Position numbers and translations under genes: made by a program
The notes under the pieces: model-generated
Databases searched by the model: none
Told to the model about the DNA's origin: nothing
What the model saw: the letters and a program-made list of their open reading frames with translations, nothing else
In this document: in pieces, positions 1 to 12,400 of the stretch
Layout of the letters: every line of letters starts with the position of its first letter
Numbering within the stretch: position 1 is the stretch's first letter
Origin: Basidiobolus meristosporus CBS 931.73
Taxonomy: Eukaryota; Fungi; Basidiobolomycota
Length of the DNA: 64,000 nucleotides
Direction: 5' to 3'
Assembly: GCA_002104905.1 (NCBI GenBank)
Contig: MCFE01000096.1
Location: 62,001-126,000 of the forward strand

Positions 1-1021
1 TGCTCCAACTGAACTAACTGAACCGGCCTGGAGTGCCATGTGCTGACGCGTTCTTTTACTTACCAAGGGCTCTGGTGGTTGAGGCACTTCATGTTGGTCA
101 TCATCAGTCAGTTCACCAGAAGTAACTTGCTGATGGTCAGGCAAAATGGCATGCGCATGCGTGCCTTGATGCATTGATATGGCCCTTGGCTGAGTTCATT
201 GTGATGCTGCATGTTGATGCAACTTGGTTTGCTCCAATGGACTTGTGTCTAAATGAGCAGTTTGGCAAGTTCTGGTAGTTTTGCTCTGGTAAAGGGTGTT
301 GGCGTAATCTGGACTGATGTGCGCCAGTGCGCTGTGGTAGCAAGAGATGGTAAGGAATCCAGCAAGGTGTGCTGGTGCAATCTGGATGATGTTGCTTGCA
401 GTCTGTATTCTTCCTCCTGAAGCTCACTATCTGATTCCTCAAGGTATTCACTTACCCTCTTTCTGATACTTTGGAGCTGTTGCCTGGATGAGTCCTGTGT
501 ATATTGCTCTTGGAAGCCACTTAGCTCTACTAATATATCATGCAGTACATTAGTCATTTGAGGCAAAACTCATTCAAAACCTCTGTGGTTCCCAAAGTTG
601 AGGCACAAACAGATGCATCCAGCCCATACTGTGCAAATTATGTGCAAAATTGTTCCTGCACGGCTTCTTCATCAAATCCCCTCACTCTCAGCTCATTCTT
701 GATTTCAGTACTTGTCTTGTTATATATCTTCTTACATACATTGGCTGGCATCTTGATGTAGAACTCATGCCACAGCTTTCTACTCAAATTCTGTCATCTT
801 TGTTGACTCTTCAAGGTATCTAGTTCTGCTAGATTAATCAGTAGTGCCCAAATATCTGTATGAGGGCTCATCATAGACACTTGGGCCATACTAAAATCAT
901 TTGGCAAGAACTCAAACGGATCCAACATCAACTTTTCCAGTCTGGACCACACTTGTGAGCTGGGGGATAGGTTTTGTCTGGGTTGTACTAAAGATGAGTT
1001 GAGACATGGTATGGGGACCAT
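1..1021 (-). pseudogene. PHIS accessory ORF2, disrupted (homolog of 15349-16137)
   Basis: ORF pieces 794-1021 and 249-566 match the 15349-16137 protein (TNVL.D.LV.LSGFQEQYTQDSSRQQLQSIR). Confidence 0.7.
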
Positions 1022-1323
1022 GGCAACAGATTTGGATACTTATATAGCAGTATATTGGCATCAACCTGGTCTTATATGAAATATATATGAAAACTAATGA
1101 GATTGTTGAATTTTCCATATATTATGCATGATGCATCTTGGATTGCATTGAAATGGAAAAGATCACATCAATCACAGATTTCCTATTTGATTATAGACCT
1201 ATGAGTAAAGCATCAATAAAAGTACCAAGGCATTGTTTGCGGATGATTTTTGCAACATAATGATGGGATACATGGTGATTGATGGAGATTTAATCATAAT
1301 GCATTAAAAATCTGATAAATAAC

Positions 1324-2264
1324 GTGTATTGCACCAAATTGATTCAAACCACCTCCATACAATCATCCACCAATTTTAATATGAATTACTCATCTGAATG
1401 GTCTTTTCTCATCAATCCCATCACTACCACTGGATTTCCTTTTGATACAATAGAGGAGATCTATTCCAAGTACTGTGGACCATCAACCCAATCTACTCAA
1501 GCAGATCGCTTGTTAAGCTTCTCTGCTATTACAAGAACTATTGCCCCACAAGGTTTCATCCCACCATCCATGGCAACAAGAGTCCTAGAAGCTTTCATTC
1601 CCAACTGACAGCAATGGAGAACCACCTTGCAGAGTGTATGAATGACTTGGAGCAAGCTTGGAATACTAGGTTCAGAAGCTCCAATAGACTTCCATATCCC
1701 AGAGTGTTCAGCAACAGGTTCCATATAAGGAGTATTTTGGATACCTGCCCAGTGAGGATTAACAGACCTTCTAGAGGGCAGAGGCACTTTTATTCTGGCA
1801 AGTACAAGGCACACTGTGTGAAGTTTCAAGCACTGTCTGACATTGAGGGTAACATCATCTGGCTTATTGGGCCATTTGCTGGAAGTAGGCATGACAAAGC
1901 ACTCTGGGTAGAGAATCATCCAGAATTCAGTAGAGGGGAGAAATGTATGGCAGACTTAGCCTATATAGGAGAGGATTGTCACAGATTACGATGTATTACA
2001 GCTTATAGGAAGCCAAGGAATGGTGTGCTTAGCAGGAAGCAGAAGCTCTACAATGGGATATTTAATCATTTCAGAGTGAGGGTAGAGCACACATTTGGAT
2101 ATCCGAAGAGATTCAGCATATTGGCAGGTAAATACAGAGGAAAGTCATATATAGAAGAAAACAACAGAATAGGTAAAATAGGTAAGATACTTATTAATGC
2201 ACAGTATGCTTATACAAGAAGACATCCACTGAGAGAAATGTGTTTGGAGCATTTTGAAGAGTAA
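1324..2264 (+). pseudogene. DDE_Tnp_4 (PIF/Harbinger/IS5-like) transposase, frameshifted near 1608
   Basis: ILDTCP...KFQAL...GSRHD...ADLAYIG...RVRVEHTFG carries the D, D, E triad motifs. Confidence 0.88.
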
Positions 2265-2449
2265 ATAAAGCAAGTAAAGCACTATTCTGAGCAACATAAA
2301 TAAGATTGAGTAAAATTACCAGTAACTGTATCATACCACTGGCATCATGGTAGAAATTATAGTGCCAGATAGTGCCATAGGGTGCCAGATTGATCCGGCA
2401 CTATGTGGCACTATCAAACGGAACAAGTCTAATACCTCTATAATGGCTT

Positions 2450-2915
2450 GTAGTCACACTTATCACCTGGTGCAAACTAAGTTAGGCAAATTTTTGGCAC
2501 CTTTTGGCTCACCTCGGCCTGCTGAGTATAGTGGATAGAGTGATAGCCCAGAACAAGAGGCTCACCAATGAATTGTGGGCTTGTATCCTCTCACTATAGT
2601 GCCATGCATAAGACTGGCAAAATCCTAACATGCAATGAGATAACACCCAAGAAAAAAAATGCCAGGGATTCTTCATGGAGCCACAAGAGCCCAGTAATAA
2701 GTTTACTGCCAAAGGATGTGATGTTGTGTTCCAAGGAGTGGCATGTTTGCCCCAAAATCAGTAATGGGGGATTTGAGGATTGACTACTGCTTCTTGCCAA
2801 AATCATTCTAGGATGCAACTTACTGTATACTTGGTACAAATAGACAGCTAACATGCAATAGGCAACATATGACCCAGAGACTGTCATGATACCATCATGT
2901 ATTAGCAGTTGCAAG
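2450..2915 (+). mobile_element. CACTA/CMC transposase 5' fragment
   Basis: Colinear nucleotide similarity to 52590-53060 and 42990-43400. Confidence 0.7.
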
Positions 2916-3039
2916 ATTTTTGAACATTTTGAGGGAGGCTTCTACTTTCTTCAGGAGGGATGTTTCTGGTTAATGCTGCTACCAATGTTACCAGTCTTGG
3001 TATAAGAGTTATAGAGGAATAGGGAGTTTAGCTAGTATT

Positions 3040-3350
3040 GTATTCACTAAAACTTGAGCTGATCTTTATTGAGGTTCCAGCAGCTCCTTATATACATTTT
3101 GCCAGATCAATTTCTGACTGATTGTATTTCCTAATGTAGGCTGTGGCTGATAACTCATTTGATTATATCATCATCACCCAATCAGATCCTACATAATATA
3201 TCTATTTCTGTCTGATAAGGATCTGATGATTCATTTGCTGACTAATGCTACTAATTTGATAGAAAATTCTGATATACTGATAAGCTAAGCATATAACTAA
3301 TTGATCTGACTAAAAACAGATCTGACTTAAACATTCAAGCAACAGATCAT
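3040..3350 (+). mobile_element. Decayed Copia RT fragment
   Basis: Reverse complement of ~22310-22600; KLELIFIEVP resembles the Copia EEIYMEQP motif. Confidence 0.5.
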
Positions 3351-3399
3351 AACATCCTTGTGTTGAAAACTTCAGCTGAAATAAAGCTTATTTGATAAT

Positions 3400-3935
3400 G
3401 ACACTGCTCTAAAGATCTTCTCTCAGGGCTCCCATGCTGATTGGGCAATAAAAGAGACAAATCTGTCCAATAAAGAAATCCTGCTCATCAACACATAGGG
3501 CATCAAAGGCTTTTCTCTCCTTCTCTTGAAACTTCTCAACTTCTTCTGCTAATCCTTTGGGTTCAACCTCTTTCCTGTTACTATATTTCAGAGCTTTCAT
3601 TCCTCCAGGTGGATCTGAGTCTTGATTCACTAAAGTCTGTAGTTCTTCCCATTCAACATCCCTTTTACAGGGAAGATGTTTGTGTCATATGGTTTACTGG
3701 TAGAAGTCATCTTTAGAATAGTCTAATGCAATCAGGGCTTATAACCTAGACCAATTTAAGAAGTGTCTTTGATCCAAGAAACTTATCAAGAAATAGTGAT
3801 AACAGTTGAGCAGCTTCTGATTCTTAAAGTGGCTAAGTATTAATATCTTAGCAGTAGAAGTACAATTGTAGTACTAAGTTAGGGGAACTTCTCAATAGTT
3901 AGAAGCATTCTGGAACAGTGTAGGGTTAAAATAAA
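3400..3935 (-). mobile_element. Copia family 2: LTR 3' half (3747-3935), PBS (3735-3746) and gag start
   Basis: The LTR half matches 26700-26890. The PBS reads GGTTATAAGCCC. The gag start translates as LNGKNYRL..IK.QIHLEE then EKFQEKERKAF. Confidence 0.7.
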
Positions 3936-3937
3936 AT

Positions 3938-4673
3938 AGACTTTTTCAGCTGGGTATACCAAATTGAGCCATGAGTGCCAAATAGTGCCGTAGTGTGGCA
4001 GAGAGGCAAAGCAGACCTTTGCCTGGCCACAGAGTGTGAAAGATAGCTCAAACTCTCAATGCAAAGCAGCCCATGTGCTTTACCCACTGAGCTGGAAGAA
4101 ATTCCTTTTCCAACCTTGTTTATTCTGATGAATATAGTGAGTGAAGTGTACAAGCTCAGAAGGACTGAATACATGTATTTTGTACCCAATACCCATGAAA
4201 CTCTGAATCAAGCTCTGGAGGTTTGTAACATGTCACAATCAAGTAATGCACTATCTTGGTCCACTCATGCTTTCTGGTACTCTATTGAAACATTAGTCCT
4301 AAAGTGAAACCTATACAAAGCACTTATAGTGCCACATAGTACTAATGGCTACTATAACTCCATAGATTTTTGCAGCATGTAATAAACCTCTGAAGCTTAA
4401 AATCAGAATGCCATGGGTGTTGAGTGCTAAATGCATGACTTTAGCTCTTCTGCACTCTTGCAAATCATGTAATACATTGATCCCAAAATGAACATTGGAA
4501 AGAGGATTCTCTCCAGCACAATAAGTGAGACATAGGGGCTGATTTGCAGGAAAATGTAGAGCTATGTTTCATACTTGGTGGCCATATATGGGACTACCTG
4601 GGCTCTCTGGCACTCTATGGTGTTATTTGTCACAAATGGCTCCATTTGACACTATCTGGCTGGGCATTATGTA
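3938..4673. mobile_element. Foldback MITE, decayed copy
   Basis: About 736 bp, colinear with 7061-7793 including the central spacer; right end degenerate. Confidence 0.75.
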
Positions 4674-4679
4674 TTAACC

Positions 4680-5900
4680 TGAAACTTTTCCAGAATGTCA
4701 GCTTTGGAGAGTGCCCTAGTTGGTTATTTTGGGCAATATCAAGGAATTGTTGGGCCAATACAAGAGCTTTTGCACCCATTCAGTCATATCTCTACCTAAA
4801 TGTGAGTTGTCACTGCAACCAAACATTAGCTATTTACTTCTTCCAAAGCTTTGTAGTAGTATATATCAGGTACCCTAAAAGTGTTGCAAAATCTGTACAA
4901 CCACTCTATTTCAATCAGATCCTGATTTTACATATTAACCAGCTATTGCTTATGCTACATCAGTTCCCAAGTAGACCGCTACCATGAATAAAATCTGACT
5001 GCTAGCTATTGCTTAATGGAAAAGCCTTGAGTAAAGTATGATATATTATAAATGCAATTAAATGTGGTTTGGGCAATCTTAGTATATTCTCCACAGGTGT
5101 TTCTACCGGCTTGCAATTTTGTTGCTGAGCCGTCTAGGCATGTTGGTAATATTGTTATGAAAGTTCAGCACAATATTCTGTGCAGATATACTGAATTGAG
5201 CCTCAGTTTGAACATAATGGATCAGCTTCTCACAGTTACTCATCTTGAGCTTGCAGTCAAAGATCATATCTTGCCAGTTCAATTGCCTCCCTGTTGCTCA
5301 GAGCTACTGTTTGGCCTTTTTAAAGAACCATGATGATTTTCCCAATATGAGCTGCTTACATGTATACTGTGCTCTGTTGTACTCCAAGTGTACCCAATCT
5401 CCTATAAATATGTACCTGCTGTGCATAGTTACATCTAAGCCTTCATTACCTGATGCAGATTTTAAGGCTTGACACATATAGAAAGATAAGCTTCAAGTGA
5501 TCACTGAATATATACCACTATGATCCTGGAGCATTTATATTCTAATTAATATTCCAGCTGGCAATATCTGTTCTGATCTGGTATCTGTAGAGGTATCTTA
5601 CATTTCTGACTGTGTCAGGTATTTGCCTTCCACATTGGTGATGATTGCATCATCAGGTGGCTGGCCAATACTACAGTTACACTCCAATCTGCCTTTCCTG
5701 TACATATAAGGTCTATGATCTTGATAAATTTGAAATTCTACAAGCATACACTCTCAACTACTTGAATCCCTTACATGCCATACAAATATCCCTTTTATAC
5801 TCACTGGCTCCAACATTGTATGTCTCTGGCCAGGGATATAGTGAAAGCCTCAACTGCCAAAGATTAAGAGATACTGGAGTCTGGTGTTTGCATTTACATA
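4680..5900 (-). mobile_element. Decayed Copia RT/RNase H
   Basis: Manual translation across many stops gives NCKPVETP, GTDVA, FGCSDNSHLGRD and K*PTRALS (compare KQPTVALS). Confidence 0.6.
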
Positions 5901-7060
5901 CTTCTAACAACTCAGTATCTTGTGATGCTGTCAGGAGTACAAGTTTATAGCATCTCTGTTGCCATCTGCTCAAGATAAATACATCAGTATCAGTAAACTC
6001 AGTTCAAAACCTGTAATCCACCAGTGTCTGACCTTTGCATATGTAGATCAGTATTAATCTGACAAGAGCTTGGCCATACATAGTTTAACAAGATAGAGTA
6101 ACAGTGAAACTGCTGCTAACACATAGAATAGCTCAGTGCCTAGACTTTATGTGTAATACAGTTTCAGCTCAGTGTCTTGGGTACTTCCTAATGCTCAGCC
6201 ACATGTGTTGATAGTTCCAGCACAAGCAGCCATGCTAGACAAAAGTTCTGGTTTGATCTTAACAATAGGTGAACATGCAGATGGCACATCAGGAGAGAGT
6301 AGTAATTTTGTGACTGCAAGTAAGAACTAAAATCAGAAGGACCAGTGTTGGCTTGTCAGGTGCATTCTAGCTGCAAGCTAATACAAAGTAGACTAATACT
6401 TCAACAAAAAGTTGCCTGGATCTCACATATCTCAAGAAAAGGTAGCTTGGAACACACATAATTCACATTACTACATAATTTACATCTAGAAGTGCAAACT
6501 TTGCAGACACTGGGCAAAGTATTTATATTGTAAATAACAATAGTTGCACTTGGATGATGGCTCAGTTGAAATCAACAGATGGATATCTTGTCAAAGCTGG
6601 CAGGAAGAATAGTAGAATGTTCTGCAAACTTGATGTTTCATGAGAAAATTATCTATGCTTATAGCTTTGAAGTGTGGTATTACACTAGAACCTGTTAAAT
6701 ATTGGCAGGGTGAATTGTTTAGTTTGGGGCACTCTAGGACACTCTGGAAAATTTTGGTTTCATGTCTACCCCAGGCAATATGTTAAGAAAGCAATAGGCA
6801 GTAAGTACAACACAAATTTCTGGTCAGCATATATCATTATCAAATATATTAATAATCAGATCCATAACAAATTCTTATCAAACACTCTTCCTAAATTGAA
6901 TAGTAGTTGTTATTTCTAATGCCAACTTTACTCTTTGTTCTTGAGGATGTGGCTTGGAGCTAGTAAGGGCATCTGCTATAGTACTCTCAGCTGGCCAATA
7001 CATGAGTTCTAGTAACTGGTTCTCTGCCCAATCACAATAAGATGCTGATCAATATATATT

Positions 7061-7793
7061 AGACTTGTTCCGTTGGATAGTGCCACATTGAGCCATGAGT
7101 GCCAAATGATGCCATAGTGCGCCAGAGAGGCCAAGTGAGCCTATACTTTGCCACAGAGTGTGAAACATAGATCTGCATCCTCATGCAAAGCAGCCCTTGT
7201 GTTTCACCTATGATGTAGGAGAAAATCCATTTTTTGATGTTTTTTTGTGGATCAATGTTGTGCAGGATGTGTAAGAGCACAAAAGAGCTGAAGACATACA
7301 TCAGGTACTCAATACCCATGGCACTCTGAATATAGCTCCTGTGGCTTGTAACATGTCACAAAAATGCATGGCACTATCTTGGTCCACTGGTACTATCTGG
7401 CACTATATTTAATTATTACCCCCAAAGTGAGATCTATACAAAGCACTTATAGTGCCAGATAGTACCAGTGGACCAAGATAGTGCCATGCATTTTTGTGAC
7501 ATGTTACAAGCCACAGGAGCTAGATTCAGAGTGCCATGGGTATTGAGTACCAAATGCATATTTTCAATCCTTTTGTGCTCTTACACATCCTGCACAACAT
7601 TGACCTAAAAAAAAAGGCCAAAAAATGGATTTTCTCCAAAAAATTGGTGAAACACAGGGGCTGCTTTGCATGAAGATGCAAATCTATGTTTCACACTCTG
7701 TGGCAAAGTATAGGCTCACTTAACCTCTCTGGCACACTATGGCATCATTTGGCACTCATGGCTCAATGTGGCACTATCCAACAGAACAAGTCT
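7061..7793. mobile_element. Foldback MITE: 347/346-bp inverted arms, 40-bp spacer, ATT target duplication
   Basis: Arms 7061-7407 and 7448-7793 are near-perfect reverse complements. The ends AGACTTGTTC/GAACAAGTCT equal the PHIS termini. Flanks are ATT and ATT. Confidence 0.92.
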
Positions 7794-8758
7794 ATTTTCT
7801 GCTAAAGCAAAATAGGTGTAGTTTCCAGACTATAAGTTATAACTCTCGTTATCTTAAAAAAAATAGCAAGCTCAGAGGGCACTGCAGCAAACTCAAATAG
7901 ATCTCTTAACTAATTGACTTCTTTACTATCTTTGCATGCTGGCATGCACACTGCTAGAGTAGAAAAAAACACAGCTTTTGGCTGCCTGTCACTTTGACAG
8001 AAATCTGTACCTCCAACACAAACAGAGGTGTGCCAGGTAGTAAGCCAGCTGCCATCAGTTGTTCTCCTTATTATGCATCAGAATATTCAGCAGCATACAA
8101 GTTGCTGAAGTGTTGATATAGTGGCTAATTATTCAGATGTTGCACCATTTAGGTGCTTGGAACCGTCATGCATGCAGCTCTATTGGCAGAATAAAGTGCT
8201 TAACAGTATACAAGGTTGTAGTAAGAACTAGAGGAGTGGCTACTTGCTTGTACTTTCCAAACCTTAGTATTCAGGAATATCTGAATGTTACCAATACCAA
8301 TTGAGCAACATTTGTCTTCAATTTTGTGCAATTATCTAAAATCTCCAACAATTTAGTCTGGAGCTGCCCAGTGAAGCTATATTTGTACCCAAACCACTTT
8401 TCTGATCAGCTGTAGATAATAGACTTGTTCCATTCAATAGTGCCACATAGTGCAAGCCTGGTTATGGTGCCAGATTAATCTGGCATTATCTGCCATCAGG
8501 CCAGTGGTAGGTTATAATTACTGGTAATTTTACTCAATTTTACTTATGTTGCTCAGAGTAGTGCTTTCCTTGCCTTATTTACTCTTCATAATGCTCCAGA
8601 CACATTTCTCTCAGTGGATGTCTTCTTGTATGAATATACTGTGCATTGATCAGTATCTTAACTATTTTACCTATTCTGCTGTTTTCTACTATATATGACT
8701 TTCCTCTGTATTTACCTGCCAATATGCTGAATCTCTTCAGATATCCAAATATATGCTC

Positions 8759-9145
8759 TGTGGGTTATTACTGACTGTACTTTGTGAGTGGGAGAGCTTG
8801 TAGGTCAAGTCAGTACCACTTGGTTCAGAATAGCTTCCGATAGAAGGTAGCAAGGTAATAAAGACTTCTGTTTATTTTGTCCAAATCTCGTTGTTCTTCC
8901 TGGTTCAATTGGGTAGATATATATATCACTTGGGGGGGCTTAGACAATAGACAATGTGTTATAAAATAGGGGTGTGAACACCTTCCTGTTATGGTAAGTG
9001 TTCTAACTAGATAAGGGCAGGGATAGGAGGGGAGGACGTGTGGGGGAATCATAGGGAGGGTACTGGAGGACTTTGGGTAGGACTCTGGAGGGAACTCTTG
9101 GGAGAACTCTTGGGCAAAGAGTGGGTACTACGTTGAGTACTCACA
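8759..9145 (-). repeat. Gypsy-1 3' LTR
   Basis: TGTGGG...CTCACA on +; direct repeat of 14089-14475. Confidence 0.95.
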
Positions 9146-9431
9146 TATCCCGGGGGTTAAGTGGGAGCTTCATCCTCAAAGTTCTTTGACTAACTTGCTT
9201 CTCCAGGATTGATTTTGTTTACGGAGCATCTTGGTTCTTGCTAGTGGGAGGGGTATCACCAGTTTTGGGTGAACTGTTTCCTTCGGCGCTTTCCATATGC
9301 ATTCTTTTGTTCTCCCCTTTGGGCAAACTCCCTTGCGCATATTATTTGTACCTATATCGACTAAAATCTCCTCTAATAAACTTCAAATGTATCCCGTGTC
9401 TTCCTCTATCCTTGTCCTGATAATTGTTTAA

Positions 9432-12400
9432 TCACACTTTGGTCTCAATGATGATCGGTGGATCATCATGAAACGGTTTCAGATGGGCTGGCGCTACGTT
9501 GCTGATTGTCTTATTATTCAGGGTGATGGTGTACTTTGGTCCGTGGTCCAAACTGATAACGGTGCATGGGCCAATCCATCGGGGTGTAAATTGTGGGCGG
9601 AACTTGAGGCCTGCAACGGTTTGGTTGTACCACACCTTATTGCCTGGTTTCCACTTTTGTCTTGTTAGTTTCTCATTTTTGGGTGGAGGGGGAAGGTGCT
9701 TGTTGACATTTTCAAATACTTTTATGTATAGGTGGGCAATACAGTGTATCAACCTTTCTATATAGTTGTTATGTGTTGTCAGGGGGACACCTTCCATCGT
9801 CAATCCAGCTTCCTCCCGCCACTTGGGTCTTTGTCCATATAGGATTTCATATGGGGAGAAACCCGTTGTTTTATTCGGTGTGGTGCGCATTGCTAGGAGT
9901 GTCAGTGGGAGCAGCTTGGCCCATGATTGGGGAAGTTCCCAGTGAAGCTTCTCCAGTATGCGGCAACACGTCTGGTTCATCCTCTTGGTTAATCCGTTAG
10001 TCTGGGGGTGATATGTGGCCGTGAAGGCTTGTTTCACGCCCATCATTTCGCACAGGTGGGCCACGGTGTTGTTCAGGAAGGAACCACCATTGTCGGACAG
10101 GAGTATCTGAGGATATCCATGTCGGCAGATGAGGTGTTCTAGAATGAATTGGGCGGTTGTCTTGTGATCTTTATTGCGGACGGCTTGGGCTTCTACCCAC
10201 TTTGAGAAATAATCGGTAGCAATTATTATGTATCGTTCTCCTTTCTTTGTTTTCATAAAGGGGCCAACAAAGTCAATCCCTACTTGGTGGAAGGGCAGGT
10301 CAACTGGTATTGGTGCGGTTGTCCCTATCTTCTGACTCTGGTTGAATCCTTGGCAAGTGGTGCATCTTCGTAATGTATCAGTAACGTCGGTCATCATTTT
10401 TTGCCAATAAAACGTTTTTCTTAACATCTTATATGTCATTAGGGGGTTAGCGTGTCCTAATGACATATGTCTTTCTCGTATGATTTCTTCACAGGCTGCT
10501 AGTGGGGGTACCTTGGCTCTGGACTGTCCTTGGAGGAACCATAGTCAATTTTCTTGTACTTTGTACTGACACCATTTCCTTCAAAATTCTCTCTTCTGTT
10601 TGCTTGTAATGACGTGTTTGGGATACCTCCCTTTTTTTTTAAAGCAGATTATGTCCTCGTACTCATCACTGACACGTATTTGGCAAACGGGATAGCGACT
10701 GAGGAAGTCTGCGTCCTGGTGTTTCTTGCCAGCGCGGTGAATTATTTCAAAGTCGTATTGCTGTAGTCGTAGGGCTCAACGTGCTAGTCGGCTGGTAAAG
10801 TCTTTAGTTTTCATCAGCCAGACCAGTGCGCTGTGGTCCGTTACTATTGTGAATTGGCAACCATGTATGTATGTATGGAATTGTTTAATTGAATAAACAA
10901 CAGCCAGACATTCTATCTTGGTAACGGGGTAGTGGCATTTGTGTTTGTTTAGCGAACGGCTCACGTAACCAATCGGGTGGAATTTGCCAGGTTGGTGGTA
11001 TTGTCCCAGTATGGCGCCTATACCGGTGAGGCTTCCATCACAGTTAATAAAAAATCTTGCATCCAAATTGGGAAATTGTAACACTGGCGGTGACATCAGG
11101 GAATATTTCAGCTGATCAAATGCTCTCTTTTGAGGCTCCGACCATACAAAACACTGGCCCTTTTGCGTCAATTCGTATAGGGGGGCTGCTATTGTTGCAA
11201 AGTTTTTGACAAAGCGGCGATAGTAGCCGGCTAATCCTAGGAATCCCAACACTGCATTAATGTCCTTTGGTGCAGGTGCATTTTGAACGACTTTCAGGAG
11301 TGACGTAGATGGGTATATTCCATCTGCCGAGATCTCGTGGCCCAGGAACAACAATTTTGTATACAGGAAATGGCACTTCTTGGGATGTAGTTTGAGTTGG
11401 TTCTCAAGGAGGGATGTCAGGATACGTTGCACGTCGTGTATATGTTCTTCTACATCAGGGGAATATATTGTGATGTCGTCCAGATACACAAGGGTGCATT
11501 CCCATCATAGATTTCCTAGCACCTTGTTGATCATCCTTAGGAATGTAGCGGGGGCATTGCACAAGCCAAAGGGTAGTCGGTTCCATTTGTATAATCCAAA
11601 CAATGTTATAAAAGCGGTTTTGGGTCGATCTTCCGGGGCTACTTCTACTTGCCAATACCCGGAGATTAAGTCAAGAGAGCTAAAATATTTAGCTACAATT
11701 AATCTGTCCAAGAGGTTGTCTATTCACGGTAGGGGAAACATGTCCTTCCGGGTGACGGCGTTCAATTTCCGGTAGTCGATGCAAAAGCGTCGCTTTCCAT
11801 CTTTCTTCAGGACTATCACTACGGGGGAGGCCCACAGAGACTGGCTCTCTGTAATGATGTTGTCTTTTAACAAAGTTTCAATTGTCTCTTTGATATAGTC
11901 TGTGTCAATTTTCGAATTCCTATAGGCTTTTTGCTTGATGGGGTATTTGTTGGCAAGGTGGATTTGGTGATATACCCCAGGTATATGACCAATTACTTGG
12001 TTCTTAGAGAATACTTGGGCAAGCGGACATATTCCTTCTAGGAACTTGTCTCGTAACGTAGGCAGTAGACCGGGGTCCACATCTAGTTTGGGGAGTTCTT
12101 CTTCTGGTTCCTTGTTTGTAGGTGGTCCTTGGTCATCTCCGTCAACTTCCTCTAAGTTTAACAATGGCACTCCTCTAGGCAATGTCACCGTGTGTCGCCC
12201 GTTGTTAACCACTAAGCATTTCAGGCTTTGCTTTTCAAATTTTGGTGGTATCCATACTTTAGGGATCAAGATTCCTTCCAGTTGCTTGGATGCTTTTGCT
12301 GCGGTTATCATTCTTCTGCTTGTTGAATAAGCTATTGGTGTTTCTAATGAGATCACCGTCTCACTGGCGGGTGGTATTTTTATCACCTTTCGTGTGATGA

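Larger units (their letters stand above)
1..2430 (+). mobile_element. PHIS (PIF/Harbinger-group) DNA transposon, copy 1, cut by the window edge: divergent ORF2 plus transposase, ending in the terminal repeat
   Basis: Transposase at 1324-2264. The element ends ...GGCACTATCAAACGGAACAAGTCT followed by AAT. Bases 1-900 are the reverse complement of 15218-16165. Confidence 0.85.

Noticed and set aside
2350-2430. Clustered TAGTGCC/GGCACTA repeats as a CRISPR-like array
   Set aside because: 7-bp motifs with irregular spacing in transposon subtermini, in a eukaryotic context.
7059-7795. TA target duplication implying a Tc1/mariner MITE
   Set aside because: All seven termini also fit the longer ANT pattern, and the ends are shared with a DDE_Tnp_4 element.
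8825-9052. Small ORF repeated at 14140-14382
   Set aside because: It lies inside the LTRs, so the duplication is explained by the LTRs.
9150-9431. Possible chromodomain downstream of Gypsy-1 integrase
   Set aside because: None of the three minus-strand frames shows chromodomain aromatic motifs.
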